Shown here one piece after another: positions 10,344 to 20,570 of a stretch of DNA of 64,000 nt. The notes under the pieces are model-generated. The model was given only the letters and a program-made list of their open reading frames with translations, was not told the DNA's origin and did no database searches. Each line of letters opens with the position of its first letter. The first letter of the stretch is position 1. The stretch comes from a candidate division FCPU426 bacterium. Lineage in GTDB: Bacteria; Oederibacteriota; PGYV01; Palsa-1178. A program made the translations under genes and the position numbers. The DNA lies in assembly GCA_963840035.1 (NCBI GenBank), contig CAWIXE010000002.1, positions 224,001 to 288,000 on the forward strand. The letters run 5' to 3'.

Positions 10344-10376
10344 GAAGCAGGCCCCTTAAAAGGGGCCTGCTTCTTT
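10344..10376 (+). terminator. Intrinsic terminator
   Basis: GAAGCAGGCCCCT-TAAA-AGGGGCCTGCTTC-TTT. Confidence 0.8.
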
Positions 10377-10673
10377 AATTTTTTCCTCCGGCAAATATTT
10401 TTTATCATTTCCATGCGATGACACCGCGCCGCGCCGGACTTGATTTTTCGCGGGGCATATGGTATATCATCTTTAAGGGTTGTGCAAAATGCCCGCCCGG
10501 ATGGCCGATGAAAAATTCCGGGCGCAGGGAACTCACTCAAACTGTCTAAAATTCTCCCTTAATAGCCTAAAATATACGTTTGCCTTGACTGCACAGCCCG
10601 GTTTTTGCCGTTTAAATTTATTGCGGGGAGGTGGGAATCTGTAAGGGCTGCAGTAAAAAAAAGGGAGGAAGAC

Positions 10674-11210
10674 ATGAAGAAAATTCCAATGCTTTTTTTT
10701 GTGTTTGTGCTGGTTTTATTTTGCGCTTCGGCATATGTCGCGGCGGCTGACAGGCAATGGGCGGACGCGTGGCAGGGAGTGCCGTGGAGTGATGATAAAA
10801 CGGACAGGATGATGGACAAAATGCGCGTGGATTTTGACTCGCTGTTAAAGGACTCCTTTAAGCCTGAGATGAACGCGCAGGCAGGTTTTCCGGTGAATGT
10901 CTGGGATGACAAGGAGAACATTTATGTGGAGGCAACAGTGCCTGGCCGGGAACTGAAGGATATATCGGTCAATGTCGAGGACGGGCGGGTGCTGACCATC
11001 GAGGCAAAAGGCAGGAACAAGGAAGAGGAAAAAAGCAGGAATTTTTACAGGGCGGAGTTTTTTGTGGGGGACCTGGTAAGGCAGGTGCAGCTTCCATATC
11101 TCGTGGATACAGCCGGGACAGCGGCGAAATACGAGAACGGAATACTCAAATTGACGCTGCCTAAAAAAGAGAAACTGGAAAAAAGCAAGATAAAAATTGA
11201 AATAAAATAA
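10674..11210 (+). CDS. Hsp20/alpha-crystallin small heat-shock protein with an N-terminal signal peptide
   Basis: GGAGG RBS; MKKIPMLFFVFVLVLFCASAYVAAA; alpha-crystallin core PVNVWDDKENIYVEATVPG...AKYENGILKLTLPK; C-terminal IEI motif. Confidence 0.88.
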   Translation: MKKIPMLFFVFVLVLFCASAYVAAADRQWADAWQGVPWSDDKTDRMMDKMRVDFDSLLKDSFKPEMNAQAGFPVNVWDDKENIYVEATVPGRELKDISVNVEDGRVLTIEAKGRNKEEEKSRNFYRAEFFVGDLVRQVQLPYLVDTAGTAAKYENGILKLTLPKKEKLEKSKIKIEIK

Positions 11211-11222
11211 AAGGGGGAATTC

Positions 11223-11774
11223 ATGAAAAAGATTATTGTGTTGCTGGCGCTGGTTTTCGTTTCAGCTTTAGGATTGCAGGCTGCCATGGAAACTAAGGCG
11301 GCTGAAAGCGCGGAAAAGGCTGTTGTGGCCGGGGATGTTAAGGAAGTAAAGACCGTGACCGCGGCGGAAAAGACGGAGATGAAGGCTGCCGCGCAGGAAA
11401 AGGCTTTGGCAGGGAAAGAAAAAAAGCAGGCTTTAAAAGACGAGGCTAAGGCAAAGATGGAAAAGAGGCTCTCCTCAAAACTTTTTAAGAAGTCGAAACT
11501 GGAGCTGAAAAAAGGCGAGACAGCGCAGGCTACTGTCACAGCCGGCGAAGCTCAGGCTGAAGCCACAAAGGAAGCCATAGAAGACTCCAAAGCCGCGGAG
11601 GAACTCAAGGTATCTGCGGAGGATAAGGTGAAATCCGCTGAAGACATGAAAGCCGCGGAAATGGAAAAAGCCGAGGCAAAGAAACTTAAAAAAGGGATAA
11701 AAGCCACTGAAACTGAGGAAGCGGGCGAAACAAAAGAACAGGAAATGAAGGAAAAGGACGAGTATAAAAAATAA
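11223..11774 (+). CDS. Secreted Lys/Glu/Ala-rich protein (paralog B)
   Basis: Signal peptide MKKIIVLLALVFVSALGLQA; motif ELKKGETAQATVTAGEAQAEATKEA. Confidence 0.8.
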   Translation: MKKIIVLLALVFVSALGLQAAMETKAAESAEKAVVAGDVKEVKTVTAAEKTEMKAAAQEKALAGKEKKQALKDEAKAKMEKRLSSKLFKKSKLELKKGETAQATVTAGEAQAEATKEAIEDSKAAEELKVSAEDKVKSAEDMKAAEMEKAEAKKLKKGIKATETEEAGETKEQEMKEKDEYKK

Positions 11775-11787
11775 GGCGTATTGGCCT

Positions 11788-11823
11788 ATAACGGGCTCCC
11801 CTGCGGGGAGCCCGTTATTTTTT
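11788..11823 (+). terminator. Intrinsic terminator
   Basis: ATAACGGGCTCCCC-TGC-GGGGAGCCCGTTAT-TTTTT. Confidence 0.85.
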
Positions 11824-11994
11824 AGGGCCGTTTGAACGGCCATAGTATCAAGGAAAATTTGAACAAACGGCCGGATATAAGCGTCTAATATCTGCATTTA
11901 TAAATATTCCATACATATCCGCCTGTATTGATTGTTGTCCGGGCCTGTGATATCATAATAAACGTTCTAAAAACCAATTAAGGCGGTATGAAAA

Positions 11995-13236
11995 GTGAAA
12001 AAAGTGACGGTAATCCTGGGATTTTTATTTCTGACAGCCGGACTTATGGCTGAGGAAGCGGCCCTTAAAGCCATTTCCTACGAAGACTGCGTAAAAACGG
12101 CACTTGCCAACAGTTTTGACTACAAGATACAGTCCGAAAAGCTAAATCAGGCGAATCTTGACAGGTTAAAAGCCGTCGGCGGGATACTGCCTGAGATCAC
12201 CTTGAACCACAACCGTTTTTATGATTACGGGTCCTCATTAAGCGACAACGGTTGGGACACATCCATATCAGCCACGCAGCCCGTCTTTTACGGGTTTTCA
12301 AAACTATTCACCATATCCCAGATGGACAGGACCGCGGTAAAAGAAGAGTGGAACCTGGCCGCGCTGAAAAAAACCATTGCGCAGGACACGGCTGACGCTT
12401 TTTTTGGGCTTGCTTCGGCTCAGGCTGACCTTTTAAATACCCGCGAGGCTTTTGACGTAATGACTGAGAGGGTGAAGGAACTAAAACAGCGGGAAGCGCT
12501 CGGCAAGACGCGCCTTTCCGAACTCTACTCCACGCAGGCAAGCGCCGCTGTCCTTGCGGCCCAGCTCAAACAGGCCGAGGCAGCTGTCGAAGCTGCGTCT
12601 GACAATCTTGCTTCCGTAATAAACGCGGACAATACCGTCATCATACAGCCTGTGGATACAGGCGCTGCGGCGCCGGACATGGACAGGGATAAGGCTGTAA
12701 ACGGCCAGCCTGAGATAAAGGCGGCAATTGCCGCCATAGAGGCGGAGTCGAGCAGGATTAACGCGCTCCACAGCGCGTTCCTTCCGCAGGTGGACCTTTC
12801 AGTTTCAAGGCAGCTTGGTCACAGCGGTATAAGCGCGCCGTCGCCGGCAAATTACAGCCTCACGCTCATGGCAAACTGGCCGCTTTTTGAAGGGGGCGCC
12901 AGGGTTTTTGAAGCCATGAAAGGCTACTCAGCAGAGGAAAGCTTAAAGCAGCAGAAACTGCAGATGTTAAAAACGGTATTATACGACCTGAAGGCAAAGG
13001 CGAGGAATTATGAGGCGTCAGCGGCGAGAGTTGTGGCTTTAAAGGAAGCATATGATAAATCCCAGGCAAGTTATAAACTCCAGGAAAAGGATTTCAGGTA
13101 CGGCATGGCGACAAACATAGAAGTCATGCAGGCCATGGCGGATTTGACGAACATAAAGACATCATACGACAGGGAAATAATAACGAAGGAAAAAAACAGG
13201 GCGCTGCTTGGCATAATGGCGGAAAACGGCAGATAA
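11995..13236 (+). CDS. TolC-family outer membrane efflux protein
   Basis: Signal peptide, two OEP repeats (LPEITL...QPVFYG; FLPQVDL...WPLFEGG), FRYGMATNIEVMQA. Confidence 0.9.
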   Translation: MKKVTVILGFLFLTAGLMAEEAALKAISYEDCVKTALANSFDYKIQSEKLNQANLDRLKAVGGILPEITLNHNRFYDYGSSLSDNGWDTSISATQPVFYGFSKLFTISQMDRTAVKEEWNLAALKKTIAQDTADAFFGLASAQADLLNTREAFDVMTERVKELKQREALGKTRLSELYSTQASAAVLAAQLKQAEAAVEAASDNLASVINADNTVIIQPVDTGAAAPDMDRDKAVNGQPEIKAAIAAIEAESSRINALHSAFLPQVDLSVSRQLGHSGISAPSPANYSLTLMANWPLFEGGARVFEAMKGYSAEESLKQQKLQMLKTVLYDLKAKARNYEASAARVVALKEAYDKSQASYKLQEKDFRYGMATNIEVMQAMADLTNIKTSYDREIITKEKNRALLGIMAENGR

Positions 13237-13394
13237 AATTTGAAATCTAAAATTTTAAATTTGAAATTGAGGGCGAAAAGAAGCTGCCTGAGAATACGTT
13301 GAAATGCGTTAAAATTTCTGCTCGGATGGATGGTTATCAAACGCGTGTACGCTTTATGTTTCAATTTTAAATCTTAAATTTTAAATCTTAAATT
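13237..13394. repeat. Low-complexity heptamer inverted repeat
   Basis: AATTTGAAATCTAAAATTTTAAATTTGAAATTGA ... TCAATTTTAAATCTTAAATTTTAAATCTTAAATT. Confidence 0.6.
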
Positions 13395-13408
13395 CACAAG
13401 GAGTTTAC

Positions 13409-16400
13409 ATGACCCTCTCAGACCTTTCAATAAAGAACCCGGTTTTAGCCTGGATGATCTTCATCGGCGTGCTGGTATTCGGCGCCATATCTTACTACGG
13501 CATGGGCGTATCACAGATGCCTGATGTGGATTTTCCTCAGTTGTCCGTTTCCACCAGCTGGCCGGGCGCTTCGCCTGAAGCAGTAGAGTCCACCATTACT
13601 GACTCGCTTGAGCAGTCCATTTTGGGCGTTGAAGGCGTTACTGAGATTACGTCCTCCTCGAGCAGGGGGCGCTCTTCCATTACCATTCAGTTTGACTTAA
13701 ACCGGAACATTGACGTGGCTTTGCAGGATCTGCAGGCAAAGCTGGCAAATGCCGCGCATGAACTGCCGGACGACGTGGAACTGCCGACGATCAGCAAGAG
13801 GAATTCGGACTCATCACCCATAATGTGGATTGCCATATCAGGCAACAAGACCCCCAAGTATATAATGGAATACACGCGCGACCACTTGAAGGACGCCTTT
13901 ACCACCATACCGGGAGTGGCGGAAATATTCATGGGCGGCTACCGCGAACCCGTGTTCCGCGTGTGGCTCGACCCGAAAGCCATGAAACAAAAGGAAATAC
14001 TTGTTGACGATATCGTCACAGCCATTAATACGGGCCATAAGGAAGTGCCAGCGGGCTATGTGGATACTGGCATAAAGGAAATAAACATAAGGGTCCCGGG
14101 CGAGGCCGGCACTGTCGAGGAATTCTCCTCCATTATAATACCCTCGCGCAAAGGCTCTTCCATGTGGAAGCCTTTCAAGATAGGCGATGTGGCCCTGGTA
14201 GAAGACGGGCTTGAGGATATAAGGGGCTACGCGCGTTCAAACGGCGACCCCGCGGTGGGCCTGGGAGTCTTAAAACAGCCCGGCACAAACTCCATAGAAG
14301 TGGCAAAAAATATAAAAAAGAAAATCGCCGCGCTGCAGAAAGAGCTGCCAGAGGGCATGAAAATGCAGGTGCGTTTTGACGCCACGCAGTTCGTGGAAGA
14401 GTCGTCAAAGGAAATGAACAACATCATAATCCTCTCTGTCATACTTACATCGCTGGTATGCTGGCTCTTTTTAGGGTCCTTTGGCTCGGCTGTTAATGTC
14501 TTTTTAACCATTCCCATGTCCATATTCGGCTCGTTTTTTGTCATGAGGATCATGGGCTTCACCTTAAATACGTTCACGTTCCTCGCGCTTACGCTAGTTA
14601 TAGGCATAGTAGTGGACGACGCCATCATGATGATTGAAAATATCACGAGGCACAGGGAAGCTGGCGAGAATAAAGTGCGCGCGGCCATCAAAGGCGCGCG
14701 GGAAATAACCTTCGCGGCAATTGCCGCCACCGTGGCCATACTTGCCATATTCATACCCGTTATATTCATGAAAGGCGTCATAGGCAGGTACTTCTTCCAG
14801 TTCGGCGTGACCATATCGGTTGCCGTGGTATTTTCACTGCTGGGCGCGCTGACCTTGACTCCCATGTACGCGGCTCAGTTCCTTCCTGCCCTTCATAAGA
14901 CCGGGAAAAAGCCGTTCATGGAAACGTTTATGGACAACTTCAGGGACTGGTATAAAAAAGTGCTGAAGGTCTGCCTTGAAAACAGGTGGAAAGTCGTTAT
15001 AGCCGCGCTTGTGTTTTTTGCCGTATCAATGGTATTTGCCGTGCTTGTTAAAAGGGAGTTCGTGCCGTCCATGGACGTGGGTGTCATAAACATAAACATC
15101 AGGACCGCGCCGGGTTCTTCCATAACTTACACAAATAACGTAATGCTTGAGGCGGAAAAAATTGTGTCGCAGAGGAAGGATATATCAGCGTATTTTGCCA
15201 ACGTGGGCGGCTGGTCCACCAGCGTTTCTGTCACCATGTTTGACTTAAATAAAAGGCCGAAGGACCCGAAGAAAAAAAGGCCGCTGACACAGCAGGAGAT
15301 ATCCACGGAACTCAGGAATTCGTTAAAGGCGGTAAAAGGCGTTGTGGCTGTTTCCATACAGGACATGTCACAGTCAGGCTTCACAGCCCGCCGCGGATTT
15401 CCCATAGAATTTACCCTGATGGGCCCCAACTGGGACAAGCTCATAGAATTAAGCGCCATGCTGACAACGGAAATGGAGAAGACAGGATATATGGTTGACG
15501 CTGACACGGATTACAGGCCGGGCGTTAATGAGGAAGTAGTAAAGCCTGACAGGAAAAAACTTTTTGAGCGCGGTCTGACCATAGACACGGTCTCAACCGC
15601 CATAAATGCCTTATACGGCGGCATCACAGCCGGAAAATTCACAAAAAACGGAAAGCGTTACGACATAAAAGTCCAGCTCGACCCGACAAAGAGGATGGAC
15701 TTAAACGACTTAAAAAATATAATGGTAAGGAACAGCCGCGGAGAGCTCATACGCTTAGGCGAGGTAATAACCATGTCAGAAGAGCCCACGGTTAACTCAA
15801 TAACCCGCCTTAACAGGCAGAGGGCTATCAGGATATCAGCCAATATCGCGCCGGGCAAGGCGCAGGGCGACGCCATGAAAGAAGTGGAAAAGCTGGCAAA
15901 GACGCTGCCTGAGGGTTATGTTACGGCATTCACCGGAAGCTCGCAGACATTCCAGGAGTCATTCAGCAGCCTGGGCATGGTGCTATTGCTGGGTATCTTT
16001 GTGGCGTACATGGTATTAGGCTCGCAGTTTAACAGTTTTGTCCATCCGATATCCGTATTAATGGCATTACCATTCTCCGCCTCAGGCGCGTTCATCGCGC
16101 TGTTTTTAAGCGGGAAGACATTAAATATTTACAGCGCCATAGGCCTGATACTTTTAATGGGCATAGTAAAAAAGAACTCGATTTTGCTTGTTGATTTTAC
16201 CAATCAACGAAGGGAAGAAGGGCTAAGTGTGAAGGATGCGCTATTATCAGCGTGCCCTGTAAGGCTGCGCCCCATCATAATGACCTCGGTGTCCACAATA
16301 GCCGCGGCCATCCCGCCCGCGCTTGCCATGGGAATGGGAGCGGAAACGCGCGTGCCCATGTCAATCGTGGTCATAGGCGGAGTGTTGTTCTCAACGTTCC

Positions 16401-16531
16401 TAACGCTCTTCGTGGTCCCGTGCGTTTACAGCCTGCTGTCAAACCTGGAAAGCAAAGCGCACCAGCAGGAAGTGCATGATGCGATGAAGGAACTGGCAGT
16501 AATCGAGGGGCCGGTAAAAAAGAAGAAGTGA
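13409..16531 (+). CDS. RND efflux permease, AcrB/MdtBC family (copy 1)
   Basis: 1040 aa; MPDVDFP, GIVVDDAI, GIVKKNSILLVDF, RLRPIIMTS. Confidence 0.95.
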   Translation: MTLSDLSIKNPVLAWMIFIGVLVFGAISYYGMGVSQMPDVDFPQLSVSTSWPGASPEAVESTITDSLEQSILGVEGVTEITSSSSRGRSSITIQFDLNRNIDVALQDLQAKLANAAHELPDDVELPTISKRNSDSSPIMWIAISGNKTPKYIMEYTRDHLKDAFTTIPGVAEIFMGGYREPVFRVWLDPKAMKQKEILVDDIVTAINTGHKEVPAGYVDTGIKEINIRVPGEAGTVEEFSSIIIPSRKGSSMWKPFKIGDVALVEDGLEDIRGYARSNGDPAVGLGVLKQPGTNSIEVAKNIKKKIAALQKELPEGMKMQVRFDATQFVEESSKEMNNIIILSVILTSLVCWLFLGSFGSAVNVFLTIPMSIFGSFFVMRIMGFTLNTFTFLALTLVIGIVVDDAIMMIENITRHREAGENKVRAAIKGAREITFAAIAATVAILAIFIPVIFMKGVIGRYFFQFGVTISVAVVFSLLGALTLTPMYAAQFLPALHKTGKKPFMETFMDNFRDWYKKVLKVCLENRWKVVIAALVFFAVSMVFAVLVKREFVPSMDVGVININIRTAPGSSITYTNNVMLEAEKIVSQRKDISAYFANVGGWSTSVSVTMFDLNKRPKDPKKKRPLTQQEISTELRNSLKAVKGVVAVSIQDMSQSGFTARRGFPIEFTLMGPNWDKLIELSAMLTTEMEKTGYMVDADTDYRPGVNEEVVKPDRKKLFERGLTIDTVSTAINALYGGITAGKFTKNGKRYDIKVQLDPTKRMDLNDLKNIMVRNSRGELIRLGEVITMSEEPTVNSITRLNRQRAIRISANIAPGKAQGDAMKEVEKLAKTLPEGYVTAFTGSSQTFQESFSSLGMVLLLGIFVAYMVLGSQFNSFVHPISVLMALPFSASGAFIALFLSGKTLNIYSAIGLILLMGIVKKNSILLVDFTNQRREEGLSVKDALLSACPVRLRPIIMTSVSTIAAAIPPALAMGMGAETRVPMSIVVIGGVLFSTFLTLFVVPCVYSLLSNLESKAHQQEVHDAMKELAVIEGPVKKKK

Positions 16532-16745
16532 ACGTTAGGCTCAAAGCTCAAGCGGAAGCAGGAAGCGTGCGGGCTCAAGCGCTCAAGGGGTTGTTTGGCT
16601 TTTGTAGGCTGCATCCCCTTAATCCGTTTTAAGGCCACGCTCAGTTGATTATTTGATATTAATCTGCTATATTTATATAAGCTAATCATACTTGTCCGAC
16701 AAAATCCGGCTAAAAAATACTATATTCCTTTAAAAAGGAGTTACC

Positions 16746-19700
16746 ATGACCTTATCCGATTCTTCCATCCGTAATCCCGTGATGGCGTGGATGATACTTA
16801 TCGGTATTATCGTATTCGGGGCCATATCTTACTCGGGGCTGGGAAAGTCGCAGATGCCTGACGTGGACTTTCCCGTGCTTACCGTCTCCATAGACTGGCC
16901 CGGCGCTTCGCCTGATGTCGTGGAGACCCAGGTAACGGACGCTGTTGAAGGCGCGGTCATAGGCATAGACGGGGTAAAAGAAATTACATCGTCGTCCACA
17001 AGGGGCAATTCCAGCGTCACCATCCAGTTCGGCCTGGACAAGAACATAGACGTGGCCCTCCAGGAAGTGCAGTCAAAGCTCGCCTCAGCCGCGCGCAACC
17101 TGCCCATAGATATTTTCCCGGCGATCATATCCAAATCAAACCCGGATGACGCGCCCATACTGTGGCTGGCGTTTTCCGGGAACCGGCCCGACCAGTTCCT
17201 CATGGAATACACGAAGAACTACTTAAGCGACGCGTTTGCATCTGTGCCGGGCGTGGCATCTGTCTTCCTCGGGGGATATTTGAATCCTTCGCTGCGGGTG
17301 TGGCTGGACCCGGTGAAAATGGACAAAGAGGAGATCACCACCGACGACGTTTTAAACGCCATATCCACGGGCCACGACGAGGTGCCTGCGGGGTTCCTGG
17401 ATAACGGGGTCAGGGAAACAAGCATCAGGCTGCTGGGGGAGGCGGCCACTGTGGATGAATTCAAGTCCATAGTGATACCTTTCAGGAAAGGCGCCATCAT
17501 ATACAAGAATATAAAGATAGGCGATGTGGCGCGAGTGGAAGAGGGGTTGGAGGATACGACCCGCATGGCAAGGACGCCCGAGGGCCGGGCAGTGGGGCTG
17601 GGCATCAGGAAGCAGCCGGGATCGAACGCGGTGGCGGTGGCGCACGCGGTAAAGGCCAGGGTAAAGGAACTCCAGAAAGGCCTTCCCGAGGGCACGCAGC
17701 TTGACGTGCGCTTTGACACCACAAAATTCATAGAAGACTCCTCTAACGATATGAACGGTGTCATCATTTTATCCGTCCTGCTTACGGCGCTCGTGTGCTG
17801 GCTCTTCCTGGGGACATTTACCACGGCCCTGAACGTGTCGCTGACCATACCCATGTCCATATTCGGCGCCTTTTTTGTCATTAAGGCGTTCGGTTTCACC
17901 CTCAATACATTTACGTTCCTGGGATTATCCCTTGTTATCGGCATAGTCGTGGACGACGCCATCATGATGGTGGAGAACATATCCAGGCACAGGGAAAATA
18001 AGGAGTCAAAGGTTAAAGCCGCGGTCAGGGGGGCACGCGAGATTACATTTGCCGCTGTGGCAGCGACCATGGCCATACTGGCGATATTTCTGCCGGTCAT
18101 ATTCATGCCCGGTGTCATAGGAAGGTATTTTTTCCAGTTCGGTGTGACCATATCCGCGGCAGTGCTCATATCCCTGCTGGGCGCGCTGACCATAACGCCG
18201 ATGTTCGCTTCGCTGTATATGCCGGCGCCGGCGCAGGGCGGCAAAAAGAAGCCGTTCATGGATGTGGCCATGGATAAGCTGAGGGCCGGATACCATGAGG
18301 TCCTGAAAGTATGCCTGAAAAACAGGTGGAAGGTGATATTCGCTTCGTTTCTGGTTTTTGCCGTGTCTATGACACTGTTTTTCTTCGTCAAAAAGGAATT
18401 CGTGCCCGCCCAGGACCAGGCGCGGCTTTCGGTGAATATTCAGACCCCGCCGGGGTCGGCTTTTAAGTTTACGGACGGGGTATTCAGGGAAGCGGAAAAA
18501 ATAGTGGCGGCCAGGCCCGAGGTGGACGGATATTTTTCCATCATCGGTTTCGGCAGCTCGAATTCCGGCGCCATAAATATAGTTTTCAAGGACAAAAAGG
18601 TCAGGCCAAAGGACCCCGCAACCGGCAGGGTGTTAAAACAGATGGAGATAGCAAATGTGCTAAGAAAAGAGCTTAAAAAGGTGCCCGGCTTAAAGACCGT
18701 GACCATGATAGACCCATCGCTGCAGGGCTTTACCGCGAAAAGGGGATATCCGGTGGAATTCATGCTCATGGGCCCGGACTGGGACAAGCTGGCGGAACTG
18801 GCGGCATCCATGACGGATGACATGGAAAAGTCGGGATACATGGTGGACGCTGACTCGGATTACAAGCTCGGCGTGACAGAGGCGCTGGTAAAGCCCGACA
18901 GAAAAAAGGCGGCGGTGCGGGGAGTCAACATGTCCACCATCGGCAATGCCCTTAATGCCTCGTACGGCGGGTTAAAATACGGCAAGTACACAAAGGAAGG
19001 CAAGCGCTTTGACGTGACTGTGGAGCTTGAAAAGCAGGACAGGACCGACATAAACAGCATACTTAATTCATACGTGAGGAACAACGACGGCGAGCTGGTA
19101 AAGCTCGCGCACGTGGTGAGCGTGGAGGAAAAGCCTTCGCTGACTTCGATTACAAGGGAGAACAGGGAAAGGGCGGTCAGGCTCTTTGCCAATGTCGCGC
19201 CCGGCAAGTCGCAGGGTGAGGCGCTCGACGAGGTGGAAAAGCTGGGGGCGAAACTTCCGGAGGGTTACAGGATATTCCTGGTAGGCTCGTCGCAGAGCTT
19301 CAAGGATTCAAACCTGACCCTTATCATCGCGCTGATACTCGGTATCTTTGTGTCATACATGGTCCTGGGCACGCAGTTTAACTCCTTTGTCCACCCCATA
19401 TCGGTGCTAATCGCGCTGCCCTTTTCCGTAACCGGCGCGTTCATAGCGCTTTACTTAAGCGGCCAGACCCTGAATATATACAGCATCATAGGGCTGATAC
19501 TGCTCATGGGCATAGTAAAAAAGAACTCCATACTTCTCGTGGATTTTACCAACCAGCGCCGGAGGGCAGGGATGAAAGTGGAGCAGGCGCTGCTCGAAGC
19601 CTGCCCCATAAGGCTAAGGCCCATACTCATGACATCGGCCGCGACGATTGCCGCGGCCATACCGCCGGCGCTCTCTTTGGGGCCGGGCGCGGAAACCAGG

Positions 19701-19859
19701 GTGCCCATGGCCGTGGTGGTCATAGGAGGAGTATTTTTCTCCACGCTGCTGACGCTCTTTGTGGTGCCATGCGTGTACAGTTTGTTATCAAGCATTGAAA
19801 GCAAGACACATGAAAAGGAAGTGCATGATGCAATGAAAGAGATAGAGGGGAGTCAGTAA
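16746..19859 (+). CDS. RND efflux permease, AcrB/MdtBC family (copy 2)
   Basis: 1037 aa; same motifs, clear paralog of copy 1. Confidence 0.95.
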   Translation: MTLSDSSIRNPVMAWMILIGIIVFGAISYSGLGKSQMPDVDFPVLTVSIDWPGASPDVVETQVTDAVEGAVIGIDGVKEITSSSTRGNSSVTIQFGLDKNIDVALQEVQSKLASAARNLPIDIFPAIISKSNPDDAPILWLAFSGNRPDQFLMEYTKNYLSDAFASVPGVASVFLGGYLNPSLRVWLDPVKMDKEEITTDDVLNAISTGHDEVPAGFLDNGVRETSIRLLGEAATVDEFKSIVIPFRKGAIIYKNIKIGDVARVEEGLEDTTRMARTPEGRAVGLGIRKQPGSNAVAVAHAVKARVKELQKGLPEGTQLDVRFDTTKFIEDSSNDMNGVIILSVLLTALVCWLFLGTFTTALNVSLTIPMSIFGAFFVIKAFGFTLNTFTFLGLSLVIGIVVDDAIMMVENISRHRENKESKVKAAVRGAREITFAAVAATMAILAIFLPVIFMPGVIGRYFFQFGVTISAAVLISLLGALTITPMFASLYMPAPAQGGKKKPFMDVAMDKLRAGYHEVLKVCLKNRWKVIFASFLVFAVSMTLFFFVKKEFVPAQDQARLSVNIQTPPGSAFKFTDGVFREAEKIVAARPEVDGYFSIIGFGSSNSGAINIVFKDKKVRPKDPATGRVLKQMEIANVLRKELKKVPGLKTVTMIDPSLQGFTAKRGYPVEFMLMGPDWDKLAELAASMTDDMEKSGYMVDADSDYKLGVTEALVKPDRKKAAVRGVNMSTIGNALNASYGGLKYGKYTKEGKRFDVTVELEKQDRTDINSILNSYVRNNDGELVKLAHVVSVEEKPSLTSITRENRERAVRLFANVAPGKSQGEALDEVEKLGAKLPEGYRIFLVGSSQSFKDSNLTLIIALILGIFVSYMVLGTQFNSFVHPISVLIALPFSVTGAFIALYLSGQTLNIYSIIGLILLMGIVKKNSILLVDFTNQRRRAGMKVEQALLEACPIRLRPILMTSAATIAAAIPPALSLGPGAETRVPMAVVVIGGVFFSTLLTLFVVPCVYSLLSSIESKTHEKEVHDAMKEIEGSQ

Positions 19860-19862
19860 TAA

Positions 19863-20549
19863 CCTTAACCCTTACCCTTAATTCTTATCCTTAGCTCTTG
19901 GACCTGGTTTTTAAGGTCCAAAGGCTAAGGGTAAGGGATAAGGATAAGGGTTAAGGCCGCCTTAACCCTTACCCTTAATTCTTATCCTTAGCTCTTGGAT
20001 CTGGTTTTTAAGGTCCAAAGGCTAAGGGTAAGGGATAAGGATAAGGGTTAAGGCCGCCTTAACCCTTACCCTTAATTCTTATCCTTAGCTCTTGGATCTG
20101 GTTTTTAAGGTCCAAAGGCTAAGGGTAAGGGATAAGGATAAGGATAAGGGTTAAGGCTGCCTTAACCCTTACCCTTAATTTTTATCCTTAGCTCTTGGAT
20201 CTGGTTTTTAAGGTCTAAAGGCTAAGGATAAGGGATAAGGATAAGGGTTAAGGCCGCCTTAACCCTTACCCTTAATTCTTATCCTTAGCTCTTGGACCTG
20301 GTTTTTAAGGTCCAAAGGCTAAGGGTAAGGGATAAGGATAAGGGTTAAGGCCGCCTTAACCCTTACCCTTAATTCTTATCCTTAGCTCTTGGACCTGGTT
20401 TTTAAGGTCCAAAGGCTAAGGCTAAGGGTAAGGGATAAAGATAAGGGTTAAGGCAGCCTTAACCCTTACCCTTAATTCTTATCCTTAGCTCTTGGATCTG
20501 GTTTTTAAGGTCCAAAGGCTAAGGATAAGGGATAAGGATAAGGGTTAAG
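19863..20549. repeat. Tandem array of 7 palindromic units of 97-103 bp
   Basis: Unit starts 19863, 19960, 20057, 20160, 20257, 20354, 20457; unit CCTTAACCCTTACCCTTAATTCTTATCCTTAGCTCTTGGACCTGGTTTTTAAGGTCCAAAGGCTAAGGGTAAGGGATAAGGATAAGGGTTAAGGCCG. Confidence 0.95.
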
Positions 20550-20570
20550 AAAAATCTTTAGGAGGTGTTC

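Noticed and set aside
10480..10560. Structured RNA or thermometer upstream of Hsp20
   Set aside because: Only a short GCCCGGA/TCCGGGC stem far from the RBS; no ROSE, fourU or CIRCE motif recognised
19863..20549. CRISPR array or telomere
   Set aside because: Units are contiguous and near identical with no unique spacers, no cas genes are present, and the position is internal and intergenic
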